Numbered from the stretch's first letter, positions 9,482 to 19,335 are shown. The stretch: DNA of 64,000 nucleotides from Flavobacteriales bacterium (GCA_028280815.1 JANQLC010000007.1:15037-79036); one strand, 5' to 3'. The notes: a model not told the origin generated them from the letters alone. Made by a program: numbers and translations.

Positions 9482-9555
9482 TGGAGGCGCCGAGCGGATT
9501 CGAACCGCTGTAGGCGGTTTTGCAGACCACTGCCTAGCCACTCGGCCACGGCGCC
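9482..9555 (-). tRNA. tRNA-Cys (anticodon GCA), CCA encoded
   Basis: The reverse complement folds as a cloverleaf. Acceptor stem is GGCGCCG/CGGCGCC. The anticodon stem is 5 bp with loop CTGCAAA. The T arm is AGCGG-TTCGAAT-CCGCT, followed by discriminator T and CCA. Confidence 0.9.
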
Positions 9556-9589
9556 TTAAGGATGGCAAAGGTAAACGATTTCAGCCGAA

Positions 9590-9949
9590 CTAAAAATACC
9601 GCTGCTCGAGGATTACCGATACGCGCTCCACATCTCCGCTGATGGGGGGCGCCAACTTTGAAACGCACACCTCAGCGCGCTGTACCGTCTTTAATTCCCG
9701 CCCGATGCGATCCAAAATCCGCTTTGCCACGTGTTCCAAGAGTCGGCTCTGCTGTGCCATTTCCGCCCTGGCGATCTGGTTTAATACACTGTAATCCACC
9801 GTATCGCTCAGGCGATCCGATCGCGCCCCCCGCTTTAAGTCCGCTTCCACGGTTATATCCACCCGATAATCGGAGCCTATGACGCGCTCTTCGTCCATGC
9901 AACCGTGATAGGCGTACAAACAGATATCGCGCAACACTATCTTTCCCAT
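9590..9949 (-). CDS. folB: Dihydroneopterin aldolase
   Basis: 119 aa. The N-terminus (L..CLYAYHGCMDEERVIG..Y.VD) is typical of FolB. Confidence 0.85.
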   Translation of the reverse strand: MGKIVLRDICLYAYHGCMDEERVIGSDYRVDITVEADLKRGARSDRLSDTVDYSVLNQIARAEMAQQSRLLEHVAKRILDRIGRELKTVQRAEVCVSKLAPPISGDVERVSVILEQRYF

Positions 9950-10419
9950 GGATACATTTTATCGAGTCCGCTATCGGTCGAACAAAAATACATCGAATTG
10001 AAAAACGCTGGGGGAAGTAAAGTGGGGCCGAGTGACCCATAAAGGGCAAGACGGCTCCTTACCCATCGATTACAGCTCAGTCATCATTTCCCAAGGCAGA
10101 TACAATCCTTTCTACAGCGCCTCGCAACAACCCTGCCGATAAACAAAAGGCTTCTGATCGATCAAGCTGAAAAAATAACAGCCTTGAAAAAGAGCCGCTT
10201 TAGGCCAAAAGCCGGGGTGGTTAATGATCAGTTCCCAATCGAAAAATACCCTTTGGACATCCAAAACAAAATGCCAAGTAGGGAGACAAGCCTACAGCGG
10301 CGTAACCGATGCGATTTCCACCGGGCCGATCGACTGAAGTTAGCGAAGTGTGGCCCCTGGCCCAAACCACCCCACAGGTATCGCTTTTTCCTTAGATTTG
10401 TCTCCTTTGGCTAAAACCT

Positions 10420-12108
10420 ATGAATGAAGGGAAAAAACCGTTGAACTGTATCGCGCAGATCATCGAAAGGGATTTGGCCGAGGGTTTTCCGAGGGCGGCG
10501 CTTCGATTTCGCTTTCCCCCCGAGCCCAACGGCTACTTGCACATCGGTCATGCCAAGGCGATCTGTTTGAATTTCGGTTTGGGAAAGGACTATGGCGCAG
10601 CGGTAAACCTGCGTTATGACGACACGGATCCAGGAAAAGCGAAAAGGGAATTCGTCGATTCCATTCAAAGGGACATCGCTTGGCTGGGTTTTCAATGGGA
10701 TCGGCTGGTCTTCGCGTCCGACCACTTTGAGCAGCTTTACGAATGGGCGATCGAAATGATCGAGAGGGGGAAAGCCTATGTGGATGATCAGGATCAACCC
10801 GCCATCCATGCGCAGCGAAAGACACCGACTGAACCCGGTATAGCGAGCCCCTATCGGGATCGCTCGGTATCGGAAAACCGCGTGCGATTCAAAGAGATGA
10901 GAGCGGGCGAATGGGCTCCGGGTAGCTGCGTCTTACGCGCCAAAATCGATATGCGGTCACCCAATATGCAGCTGCGAGACCCGATCCTATATCGCATTAT
11001 CGACAAACCGCACCACCGCACAGGGGATCAATGGCATATTTACCCGACGTACGACTGGGCGCATGGGCAATCGGATTACATCGAAGGGGTTTCCCACTCG
11101 TTTTGCACATCGGAATTTGAAAACCACCGGCCCCTTTACGACTACCTGATTGAGCGGCTCGGTGAATCCCGGTCGGCGCTTAGGCCCAAGCAACGGGAAT
11201 TCGCCCGTCTAAACCTGAGTTATACGGTTATGAGCAAGCGCAAACTGGCGCTTTTGGTGCAGCGGGGTGTGGTAAAGGCTTGGGACGACCCGCGCATGCC
11301 GACGATCAGCGGCTTGCGCCGTAGGGGCTATACGCCGGAGTCCATCCGCGATTTCTGCGACCGAATCGGCGTCTCCAAACGGGAAAACACCATCGATATC
11401 GCTGCACTGGAATACAGCATTCGCCATCACTTAAACCGGGCGGCCCCACGGGTGATGGTCGTCTTAAACCCGGTAAAACTCATCATCGACAACTATCCCG
11501 AGGATGAGACAGAGTGGTTGGAAACCGAAAACAATCCCGAACGAGAAAATGCTGGCGTACGAGAAATTCCCTTTACCAAAGCGCTCTACATTGAACGAGC
11601 AGATTTTCAGGAAATGGCCAGCCCCGAGTATTTTCGCTTGACCTTGGGGAGCGAAGTGCGCCTCAAGAGCGCCTATATCATCAAAGGCGTCGGCGTGGTA
11701 AAGGATGAGGATGGGAATATCTCGGAAATCCACGCGACTTGTGATCCCGATAGCCGCAGCGGAAGTGGAACAGCGGCGAGCCAGCGCCGGGTGAAAGGCA
11801 CGCTGCACTGGGTCAGCGCTGCGCACAGTGTAAAGATCGAAGTGCGCTTATACGATCGCCTCTTTGACGATCCCGAACCGGATGGGCACGAGGACAAGGA
11901 TTTTATGGATTTTATCAACCCCGATAGCCTCGCCGTCCGATCGGCCTATGCAGAGCCCAGCGTACAGTTTTTACCTACGGGTCACCGCGTTCAATTCCAA
12001 CGATTGGGTTACTTTTCAGTGGACCCCGATTCTACGGAAGAAAAAAAGGTGTTCAACCGCATCGTCACGCTTCGAGATACCTATGCAAGGATTCAAAGTA
12101 AAAGCTGA
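10420..12108 (+). CDS. glnS: Glutamine--tRNA ligase
   Basis: 562 aa. Class I signatures are HIGHAK and VMSKRKL, and the layout is GlnRS-like throughout. Confidence 0.95.
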   Translation: MNEGKKPLNCIAQIIERDLAEGFPRAALRFRFPPEPNGYLHIGHAKAICLNFGLGKDYGAAVNLRYDDTDPGKAKREFVDSIQRDIAWLGFQWDRLVFASDHFEQLYEWAIEMIERGKAYVDDQDQPAIHAQRKTPTEPGIASPYRDRSVSENRVRFKEMRAGEWAPGSCVLRAKIDMRSPNMQLRDPILYRIIDKPHHRTGDQWHIYPTYDWAHGQSDYIEGVSHSFCTSEFENHRPLYDYLIERLGESRSALRPKQREFARLNLSYTVMSKRKLALLVQRGVVKAWDDPRMPTISGLRRRGYTPESIRDFCDRIGVSKRENTIDIAALEYSIRHHLNRAAPRVMVVLNPVKLIIDNYPEDETEWLETENNPERENAGVREIPFTKALYIERADFQEMASPEYFRLTLGSEVRLKSAYIIKGVGVVKDEDGNISEIHATCDPDSRSGSGTAASQRRVKGTLHWVSAAHSVKIEVRLYDRLFDDPEPDGHEDKDFMDFINPDSLAVRSAYAEPSVQFLPTGHRVQFQRLGYFSVDPDSTEEKKVFNRIVTLRDTYARIQSKS

Positions 12109-12269
12109 GCGCCTTGGGAGAGGTTTGGCTGTGGTTTAAGGCGGATGTAAGATTGGGCAACAGACCGATTCCCTAGAAATAGAACGCTGTACCACACAAG
12201 CGCGGGCTGCTTAAGGAGGCTGAGGTGGAGGAGATGTATTCGAATCGGTTTTGAGAGATGGGATGGTGG

Positions 12270-12420
12270 CCTTTTTTGTATTCGCCTGCGCATGGCATGT
12301 GAAGAAAGGGCGTTATTTTTTTGTGCTCAACCTTTTGGCGTGGTTAAGAAAAGAGGCCTATCTTTTGGATTTGCCCTATATGTGGCGTTTTGAAAAGCCA
12401 GCCTTATTCTTTTGCGTTTA
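12270..12420. repeat. Copies of the intergenic unit in G+T orientation
   Basis: GAAAGGGCGTTATTTTTTTG (12304-12323), AAGAAAAGAGGCCTATCTTTTGG (12346-12368) and GAAAAGCCAGCCTTATTCTTTTG (12392-12414). Confidence 0.5.
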
Positions 12421-12545
12421 TCACTGCTGTGCTTCAATGTAGCTCAGTGCCGATGGCGTTTGGTGTACTTAGGCGTTGGCGTGGATTGTAAAAAATGGGA
12501 GGATCGATTGGGATTTTCGCAGCATCTAATATGGGGTAGGTCTAA

Positions 12546-13439
12546 CTAACCGCTATGGGCTTCTACGCTTTCTACGTAGGCCGGTAGCTCTTGTTTTAAG
12601 AGGGCTTCGATGCCTCGCTTTAGGGTATGGATGGAAGACGGGCAGCCGTTGCAGGCACCCTGCAACAATACGGTTACCTGCTTTTGCGCTGCATCGTATT
12701 GTAAAAATTCAATGTTTCCACCGTCTCTGACTACCGCTGGCTTTACCTGCTCATCCAGGATTTCTAAAATGCGCTTTTCCGTTTGGTTGAGCGCGATTCG
12801 TCGGGCCGGCTTTTGCCCTGCGCCTTGCTTTCCAGGGCTGTCGACTCCCTGGAGAATGGTTTTCCCCCTTCGTAGGTAGTCGGTTGCGAATTCGCGCAGC
12901 TCCAATACGATGTCTCGCCATTCAACCCAGCTGTGCTTGGTGATCGAAATGTAGTTTTCAGTCATAAAAACCTCTTTTACAAAGGGAAAGGCAAACAGTT
13001 CGGTAGCCAAAGGTGAGTCTTTGGCCCGATCGACGCTCGTAAACTCAAAAACACCTTTTACCAGCGGTGTATTGCTTATCAATTTCACCACAGCTGGATT
13101 GGGGGTCATCTCTGCGTAAACTGCAATGGGACGTTTTTTACCATTTTCCGTGTCATCGGCTACCACGACTGACAGCCCTTGGGTGAATGCCTCTAATCGA
13201 TCCCTAAGCCTTTCGGCTACAGCTGTCCATGCGACTGTTTCACGACGCTGTATGGCGATAAAATTGGCGGTGATATACACCTTTTTGACGAAGGGAAAGT
13301 GAAAGAGCTTTTGGACTACTTCAGATTTCTCCGCTTCTTCGATACGACTGTACTCGTAGCGCCCGCCCTTTACCAACATCTGGTCGGCGATAAATTTTAG
13401 TATGCTCGGGTCGTCGGTGGGAGCTATGCGAAATCTCAT
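12546..13439 (-). CDS. NifU/Nfu-family Fe-S cluster protein (two Nfu_N-like repeats plus a C-terminal NifU domain)
   Basis: 297 aa. Two internally similar N-terminal modules are present (..LFHFPFVKKVYI.. and ..LFAFPFVKEVFM..). The C-terminal motif is GACNGCPSS. Confidence 0.8.
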   Translation of the reverse strand: MRFRIAPTDDPSILKFIADQMLVKGGRYEYSRIEEAEKSEVVQKLFHFPFVKKVYITANFIAIQRRETVAWTAVAERLRDRLEAFTQGLSVVVADDTENGKKRPIAVYAEMTPNPAVVKLISNTPLVKGVFEFTSVDRAKDSPLATELFAFPFVKEVFMTENYISITKHSWVEWRDIVLELREFATDYLRRGKTILQGVDSPGKQGAGQKPARRIALNQTEKRILEILDEQVKPAVVRDGGNIEFLQYDAAQKQVTVLLQGACNGCPSSIHTLKRGIEALLKQELPAYVESVEAHSG

Positions 13440-13641
13440 TTTTTACCGAGAAAAAACCAGTCTACAAATATACGGTTTCAGGCGTATTGGGGATGGCGTT
13501 TTCATCGGTCGCAATGGATTTGCTCTCGGTTGCAGGCGAGGCGATAAATATTTGATCAGATGGGATCGCCTTTTGTCTCAAGCGCTTTTCCAGCTCGGCT
13601 TTCCGACTGCCATATACTTTTTTTAAAGCCGCCGGAAAAAT

Positions 13642-14433
13642 TCAGAAATCCGAGTATTCGATTTGGGTTTGTAGCGGCCGGAACCCTTGGATTAACCGTG
13701 CGATCACCCGGATGTCTCCATTGGTGAAAATCGAGTGTTCAGCTCGTTTGGAAGCGGTGTTGAGCCTTTTTTCCTGCACGAGGATCCGCCTGACCTGCTG
13801 TGCAACGGGTTTTCCGGCATCTAAGATTTTCATCTCGGGCCCCAGGATTTTCTCGATCTCTTCCTTTAAAAAGGGGTAATGGGTGCAGCCGAGCACCAAG
13901 GCGTCTATGGGTTGTTTCGCGAGCGACTTCAATTGGGCGTGTAGCAAGGCTTGCGTTTCTGCGGTGTGCAGTGCATTTTTTTCCACTTGTTCGACCAGGC
14001 CCTTTCCTTCTCGTATGAAAACCGCTGCGCTTTGACTAAAGCGTTGCGCGGTTTCCGCGAAAAGGGTGCTGTCCAGTGTGCCTCGTGTGGCCAACACGGC
14101 AATTTTACAGCTCTGCGTTTGTAGCGCTGCGGATTTGATCGCTGGCTCAATTCCGACGAATGGGACTTTATAGCGTGCGCGCAAGTGTTGAATGGCAGCA
14201 GTAGTAGCTGTGTTGCAAGCGACTACGATTAGTTTTGCATTTTTTTCTAAGAGCCTTTCCGTATTTTTTTGGGAGAGGAAGAGAATCTCTTTCCGACTTT
14301 TTTTGCCATAGGGTGCATGGGCGCTGTCGGCCAAGTAGATGGTATTTTCATCGGGCAGTAGCTCGACGACTTCTCTCCACACGGAAAGCCCACCCACCCC
14401 AGAGTCAAAAAAGCCGATTGCCTCCTCGTTCAT
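13642..14433 (-). CDS. murI: Glutamate racemase
   Basis: 263 aa. Motifs are GFFDSGVGGLSV, VVACNTA and LGCTHYP. Confidence 0.9.
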   Translation of the reverse strand: MNEEAIGFFDSGVGGLSVWREVVELLPDENTIYLADSAHAPYGKKSRKEILFLSQKNTERLLEKNAKLIVVACNTATTAAIQHLRARYKVPFVGIEPAIKSAALQTQSCKIAVLATRGTLDSTLFAETAQRFSQSAAVFIREGKGLVEQVEKNALHTAETQALLHAQLKSLAKQPIDALVLGCTHYPFLKEEIEKILGPEMKILDAGKPVAQQVRRILVQEKRLNTASKRAEHSIFTNGDIRVIARLIQGFRPLQTQIEYSDF

Positions 14434-14495
14434 GGTTTAAAAATAGAAAAATTCCGCCGCTGGCAGGATGCTCAGACGACCCATTGCGCGGGTCT

Positions 14496-15032
14496 CTATT
14501 TTTTGGGTTTTATGCCCAATCGTTTCATCGCTTTGGGAGCGAGGTCGTCTGCTCGATTCTTAAAATAGAGTACGGCTTGACTGTCCAATACGATATCGTA
14601 TCCCTCTTCCTCTGCTATGGCGTCGATGACTTTTTGCAATTTGTTTATAAGGGGCTGCATCAGATCTTTCTTTTTCTCTTGTACTTCTCGAGCTGTCTTT
14701 TCATCTTCGAGTCTTATTTTTTGTTGCAGCGCTTGCAACTCTTCACTGCGCTGTCGGTTGATGGCTTGCGTTTGCTCAGTCGCTTCTTTACTATATTTTT
14801 GACTTTTGGCCTGAAGGGCTTCAATTCGTTTTTGCCGCTCTTGTTCCTTGGTCTTGAAAAGGGTTTCGATTTGTTGATTTACGTGTTGCATATCGGGCAT
14901 TTGAGATGCTACAAATTGCCAATCGATGTATCCGATCTTCTGTTGTGCCTCGGCAAAAGCGACAGCTGTTGCGAACAAGGTCATCGTCAAAAAAAACTTT
15001 ACTCGTGATCTCATTTTTATAATATTATACAA
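14496..15032 (-). CDS. OmpH/Skp-family periplasmic chaperone
   Basis: 178 aa with a signal peptide and a K/E/Q-rich coiled-coil core. The C-terminus GYDIVLDSQAVLY is typical of OmpH. It lies downstream of bamA. The true start may be the Met at 15014. Confidence 0.8.
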   Translation of the reverse strand: MYNIIKMRSRVKFFLTMTLFATAVAFAEAQQKIGYIDWQFVASQMPDMQHVNQQIETLFKTKEQERQKRIEALQAKSQKYSKEATEQTQAINRQRSEELQALQQKIRLEDEKTAREVQEKKKDLMQPLINKLQKVIDAIAEEEGYDIVLDSQAVLYFKNRADDLAPKAMKRLGIKPKK

Positions 15033-15039
15033 TTGGTTT

Positions 15040-15337
15040 TTACCTGTGGGTTACAATCTGTAACACATCCGCACTGACATCCCATTTGCTGTCGCTATGC
15101 AGCATGATCAGATCGCTGCGCTTGTCGAAGGTAAGATCGCAATCCTTTTTTAGCCACTTGCTGGACAGCTTGACAAATGCGGTTTTGTATGGGGTTTACC
15201 AAAAATTTTTGCTGCTCAAATACCTCTCCATCCGGCCCGAATCGCTTCGCCTGTAGCTGTTCTATTTCTTTTTGCTGGGCATGGCTGCTGGCGGAAACGC
15301 TGAAAAATCCGAGGAGTAAGACAAACGCTTTCATCAC
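15040..15337 (-). pseudogene. Miniature, frameshifted OmpH-like gene
   Basis: The 80-aa ORF (15095-15337) has a signal peptide and ..AVQQVAKKG. The OmpH-like tail DLTFDKRSDLIMLHSDSKWDVSADVLQIV continues in another frame to a stop at 15040. The frame change maps to a homopolymer run at about 15146-15151. The total span of 298 nt is not a multiple of 3. Confidence 0.5.
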
Positions 15338-15367
15338 ATATTACCCAAGGTTGCAAATTTAGCTATT

Positions 15368-17947
15368 TTAGAACTGTCGATTAAAAATAAAATGGGTTTG
15401 CCAGCCCGATGGCTTGGTCTGACCGATAAACGGATCAAATCCATAACCGAAATCGATACCCAGTAGGCCGAACGGGTTCATAAAAATGCGAATTCCCAAG
15501 CCTGCCGAACGCTTCAGTTTGAAGGGGTACCAGTTGTCAAATTGGTCGGCAATGCTTCCCCCTTCCGCAAAGCCCAATACATAGACAGAGGCTCTTGGGT
15601 TAAGCGTTAGCGGATAGCGAAGCTCCAGTGAAAATTTGTCGTACAGTACGCCCCCATCAACAGGTGTAATGTCTTCGCCCTGTGTACCTGGATTTTGGTA
15701 ATCGTAATAAGTATCAGGGTCTGGATAGCCTCTTAAGGCCACGTTCTCACGGTTGTCAAAATACCAACTGTTCATACCGGTACCCCCCATGTAGAAACGC
15801 TCGAACGGCGAAACCTCTCTTTTTGAATTGTACGCGCCCAGCGTGCCGAATCCGGTGTTAAAGCGCAGGACCAAATCTTTGGCTATGCGGGTGTACCAAT
15901 CCCCCTTGAACTCGACTTTGTAAAACTCCAACCACTGGAAACGCGCCCGGTTGTAGGTTTGTTCAGCTTCGGTCTTTTGCTGTTGGGTTGCATGCGGCTT
16001 GGCTTCTATCTCGTCCATCTTTTTTTTGTATTTTTTGAAGTCGTTTAGACCCAGTAGCGAGTAGGGGGGCGTCGCCTTTAAAGAGAGGTTGAAATTAGAG
16101 CCTCGAATCGGATAAATGGGGTTGGGACCTGAGGCGTTCCGTCCGAAGATCACTTGGTAACTTACGTTGTTGGAATGCCCGGAATTAAATTTAAAAGCAT
16201 TTAAGTAGCACCTTTGAATGTCGTATCGCTCAAAGCTTAGATTCTGTTCCAAGGTGAAGTAATCGTCGGGCCAGGCTAAGCGTTTGGCCAGCCCGACAGA
16301 AAACCCGGTTGTCTTTATGCTCCCTTCATCGATTTGGCTCGATAGGGTGCTGCTTGGCGATCGGGTTTCTTCCTCATTTCTATATAGAGAAATAATGAGC
16401 GAATTGGGCTTGACACCACCCAGCCAAGGCTCGGTAAACGAAAAGCTGTATGATTTGTAAGTGTTACCGACTTGTAGGTGTAGGGATAGCTTTTCACCGT
16501 CTCCCATAGGTACGGGCCGCCAAGCCTTTCCGTTGAATAGATTTCGACTTGAAAAGTTGATGAGCGAAAACCCTAGGCCACCGACAAACCGGCCACCCCC
16601 GTATCCGCCTTGCAATTCGACTTGACTAGAACCCTTTTCTTCCAGTTTCATCAGTATATCCACGGTTCGGTCGGGATTGGGTATGGGTTCTATGCTGATT
16701 TTTTGGGGATCAAAGAGGCCCAGTTGGGAGATTTCGCGGGCGGAGCGTTGCAATTTCTCTTTGCTGAATAAGTCGCCCGGCTTGCTGCGGAGTTCCCGGT
16801 AAATCACATGGTCATGGGTTTGCTTATTTCCACTTATCTCTACGCGATTGATGTGGGCTGGATCATCCTCGTGAATGTGGATTTCCACATTCACCAAATC
16901 GCCGTTTACCGAGGTTTCAACTGGGTAAACATAGGAGAATAAATAGCCGTTGTTCAAATATAAGGAACGGACGTCATTCGTGGAATTTTTTTTCGGGTTG
17001 CCATTTAGTTTGTAGCCCAGACCCACTACGTCGTAAGGGTCTCCTTTCTCATATCCCAGGACGCGGTTGAGCAAGGTCGTCGGATAGGCGGTATTTCCGA
17101 TCCATTTGATATCTCCAAAATAGTATTTTTTGCCCTCGTAAACCTCGATGTCGATAATGGCGTTGTCCCCTGCAAAATGGACGCTGTCTCTTGTGATATG
17201 AGCATCTCGGAAACCATAGTGTTTGTATGTATCTACTATTTTTTGCAAGTCTTCTTCGAATCGCTTTTCCCGGAACCGGGAGGGACTGAAGATATGCCAA
17301 AAAGCCTTTTCTTTGGTGCCTTTCATCGCAGCTTTCAATTTGCCGGTGCGCAGCTGCGCATTTCCCCTGAGATGTATGCGTTTGATTTTAACCCGATTGC
17401 CGCGATCGATATCAATCAGCAACACTTCGCCATTCTGTACTGTATCCGGTTGAGTCGTCACGCTTACCTCTGCATTGTAATAACCCTTTTCCCTGTATGT
17501 ATTGCGTATTTTGCTGCGAGTCCTGAGAAGCAGATCTTCGGTTATGTGATCCCCTATTTTTAGGTCGTTTTCCTCGATGATATCCGATCGCTGGCTCTGC
17601 TTTGCGCCTCTAATCTCTATCCTGGAAATCTGAGACAGTGCGCTAAGAGAGATTTCCAGCCAGATTTTGTCGCCTTTGATCTTTGTGGCATAGATATCGA
17701 CATTTTTGAATAAACCACTGTCCCACAATTTGGCGATCGCATTTCGTATTTTGTCTCCCGGTACGATGATGGAAATGCCGGACCTTAAGTCCGTGTAGTT
17801 GAGGATGGTTTGCGGCGTGTATCGGACCGCGCCGCTCACGGTTATGCCCGCTACCGTGTACTTTTTTTCATTTCCGGTATATTGCGCCGCCATTTGGAAG
17901 GAAATGGCAAATAAAATAAGCGGCAGGCTTGTCTTTAATGCCCTCAT
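15368..17947 (-). CDS. bamA: Outer membrane protein assembly factor BamA
   Basis: 859 aa with a signal peptide, repeated POTRA-like modules and a C-terminal beta-barrel ending ..HFIFNRQF. It is followed by ompH genes. Confidence 0.9.
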   Translation of the reverse strand: MRALKTSLPLILFAISFQMAAQYTGNEKKYTVAGITVSGAVRYTPQTILNYTDLRSGISIIVPGDKIRNAIAKLWDSGLFKNVDIYATKIKGDKIWLEISLSALSQISRIEIRGAKQSQRSDIIEENDLKIGDHITEDLLLRTRSKIRNTYREKGYYNAEVSVTTQPDTVQNGEVLLIDIDRGNRVKIKRIHLRGNAQLRTGKLKAAMKGTKEKAFWHIFSPSRFREKRFEEDLQKIVDTYKHYGFRDAHITRDSVHFAGDNAIIDIEVYEGKKYYFGDIKWIGNTAYPTTLLNRVLGYEKGDPYDVVGLGYKLNGNPKKNSTNDVRSLYLNNGYLFSYVYPVETSVNGDLVNVEIHIHEDDPAHINRVEISGNKQTHDHVIYRELRSKPGDLFSKEKLQRSAREISQLGLFDPQKISIEPIPNPDRTVDILMKLEEKGSSQVELQGGYGGGRFVGGLGFSLINFSSRNLFNGKAWRPVPMGDGEKLSLHLQVGNTYKSYSFSFTEPWLGGVKPNSLIISLYRNEEETRSPSSTLSSQIDEGSIKTTGFSVGLAKRLAWPDDYFTLEQNLSFERYDIQRCYLNAFKFNSGHSNNVSYQVIFGRNASGPNPIYPIRGSNFNLSLKATPPYSLLGLNDFKKYKKKMDEIEAKPHATQQQKTEAEQTYNRARFQWLEFYKVEFKGDWYTRIAKDLVLRFNTGFGTLGAYNSKREVSPFERFYMGGTGMNSWYFDNRENVALRGYPDPDTYYDYQNPGTQGEDITPVDGGVLYDKFSLELRYPLTLNPRASVYVLGFAEGGSIADQFDNWYPFKLKRSAGLGIRIFMNPFGLLGIDFGYGFDPFIGQTKPSGWQTHFIFNRQF

Positions 17948-18696
17948 AAAAAGTCGCTGTTGCTCACTTGTTCACTGGTTCTGCCGAATCTTCGCTTCCT
18001 TTTTTGGTAGCTTACAATCGCTTTATAAAAGTGTTTTTTCCTCCAATCAGGCCATAGTACTTTGCTCAAATAGAGCTCTGCATAGGCGATTTGCCAAAGT
18101 AAAAAATTGCTGATTCGCTGCTCCTCACCCGTGCGGATGAGTAGATCCACAGCTGGCAGGCCTTGGGTATATAGGTGATCTTCAAGCAATTGCACATCGA
18201 TTTCGTCCGCCTGTAGGGTGGCGTTTTTTACTTTTTTTGCAATATTACGTATGGCGCGTATGATTTCTTGTTGTGAACCGTAATTTAACGCTAAGGTTAA
18301 CACATTTTCCCTTGACTGGGTATACTGCACCACTTCTCTGAGCGTTTGAAGTACTTTTGGTGCGAGGCTGTCAATCGCTCCGATTGCATTGAGGCGTATG
18401 TTGTTTTCAAATAGCTTTTCCTTATCCTTTCGCAAGGTTTTTACCATGAGACGCATCAGTCCTTCTACCTCTTCTCGCGGGCGTTTCCGGTTTTCGGTAG
18501 AAAAGCAATACAGGGTTAGGTATTTGATCCCCAACTCCCTGCAGGATTCCACCGAATCTCGTACCGATTTTATGCCATTTTGATGCCCAAAGCTGCGCAC
18601 CCTGCCTCTACTTTGCGCCCATCTGCCGTTCCCATCCATGATGATCGCCACGTGTTGGGGTAGTCTTTCCATATTGGTTTGATTGTGTAAAGCCAT
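17944..18696 (-). CDS. uppS: Isoprenyl transferase (undecaprenyl-diphosphate synthase)
   Basis: Motifs are HVAIIMDGNGRWA and RTGGE-like (IRTGEEQRISNFLLWQ). The start at 18696 was chosen to avoid overlap with the upstream ORF. Its stop overlaps the bamA start (ATGA). Confidence 0.9.
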   Translation of the reverse strand: MALHNQTNMERLPQHVAIIMDGNGRWAQSRGRVRSFGHQNGIKSVRDSVESCRELGIKYLTLYCFSTENRKRPREEVEGLMRLMVKTLRKDKEKLFENNIRLNAIGAIDSLAPKVLQTLREVVQYTQSRENVLTLALNYGSQQEIIRAIRNIAKKVKNATLQADEIDVQLLEDHLYTQGLPAVDLLIRTGEEQRISNFLLWQIAYAELYLSKVLWPDWRKKHFYKAIVSYQKRKRRFGRTSEQVSNSDFL

Positions 18697-18707
18697 GGGA
18701 TTGGGAC

Positions 18708-19298
18708 CTAGTAGATCAGGGATTTCTCTCTTCTTTGCTCGACGTCTCTGTTGCAGTAGCAAGGCCTGTGTCCGAAGTTGTAGGCGACTGTAAAGCCCCT
18801 ACATACGTGCCAATCGTCGGTTTTGGGATTGCCGTAGTCGCTTGGGTCGATGAGCGGTTTCACAAGGGCGTCTCCTTGCACTGTGGTACGGTTGGCTTTG
18901 GCGTATGTCGAACGCTCGTCTATAGGGCCGGTAAAAGTATGGCGTACACTCGATTCGGCCCCTAGGGTTAAGCGATGGCTCACCTCGTATGGGTAGCCTG
19001 CTCCAAAGGGAATGAAGTTAGAGAAATTAAACGCCGAGGCGAATGAACCTTCGGTAACTTTGTTTTTTGCCACTGCTGTAATCCGCACCCCTACTGAGTT
19101 AAGACGAGCGACTAAGCGATAATTGGGGTGGTATTTGTACAAAGTGCTGGCCCTTAGATCGATGGGAGGGATACAGTCCGGAAATGGGTCAGTCGAATGC
19201 CGATTCTCCATATGTCGCTGAAAGAATTGGGCGTGTGCAGCACCTAAGCGCCTGATCGCCATGAGATGAATCCCCGATTTATAAAAGGCTTGAGGCAC
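18708..19298 (-). CDS. DUF6089-like outer-membrane beta-barrel protein, possibly 5'-eroded
   Basis: 196 aa from a GTG start. The C-terminal two thirds resemble the barrel protein usually found upstream of uppS in Flavobacteriia (..IPFGAGYPYEV..RHTFTGPIDE..DDW..). There is no hydrophobic signal peptide, only a ..LGAAHAQ remnant. Confidence 0.45.
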   Translation of the reverse strand: MPQAFYKSGIHLMAIRRLGAAHAQFFQRHMENRHSTDPFPDCIPPIDLRASTLYKYHPNYRLVARLNSVGVRITAVAKNKVTEGSFASAFNFSNFIPFGAGYPYEVSHRLTLGAESSVRHTFTGPIDERSTYAKANRTTVQGDALVKPLIDPSDYGNPKTDDWHVCRGFTVAYNFGHRPCYCNRDVEQRREKSLIY

Positions 19299-19335
19299 AT
19301 ATCCTCATTTAAGAATTCCACAAATATAAGCAAAT

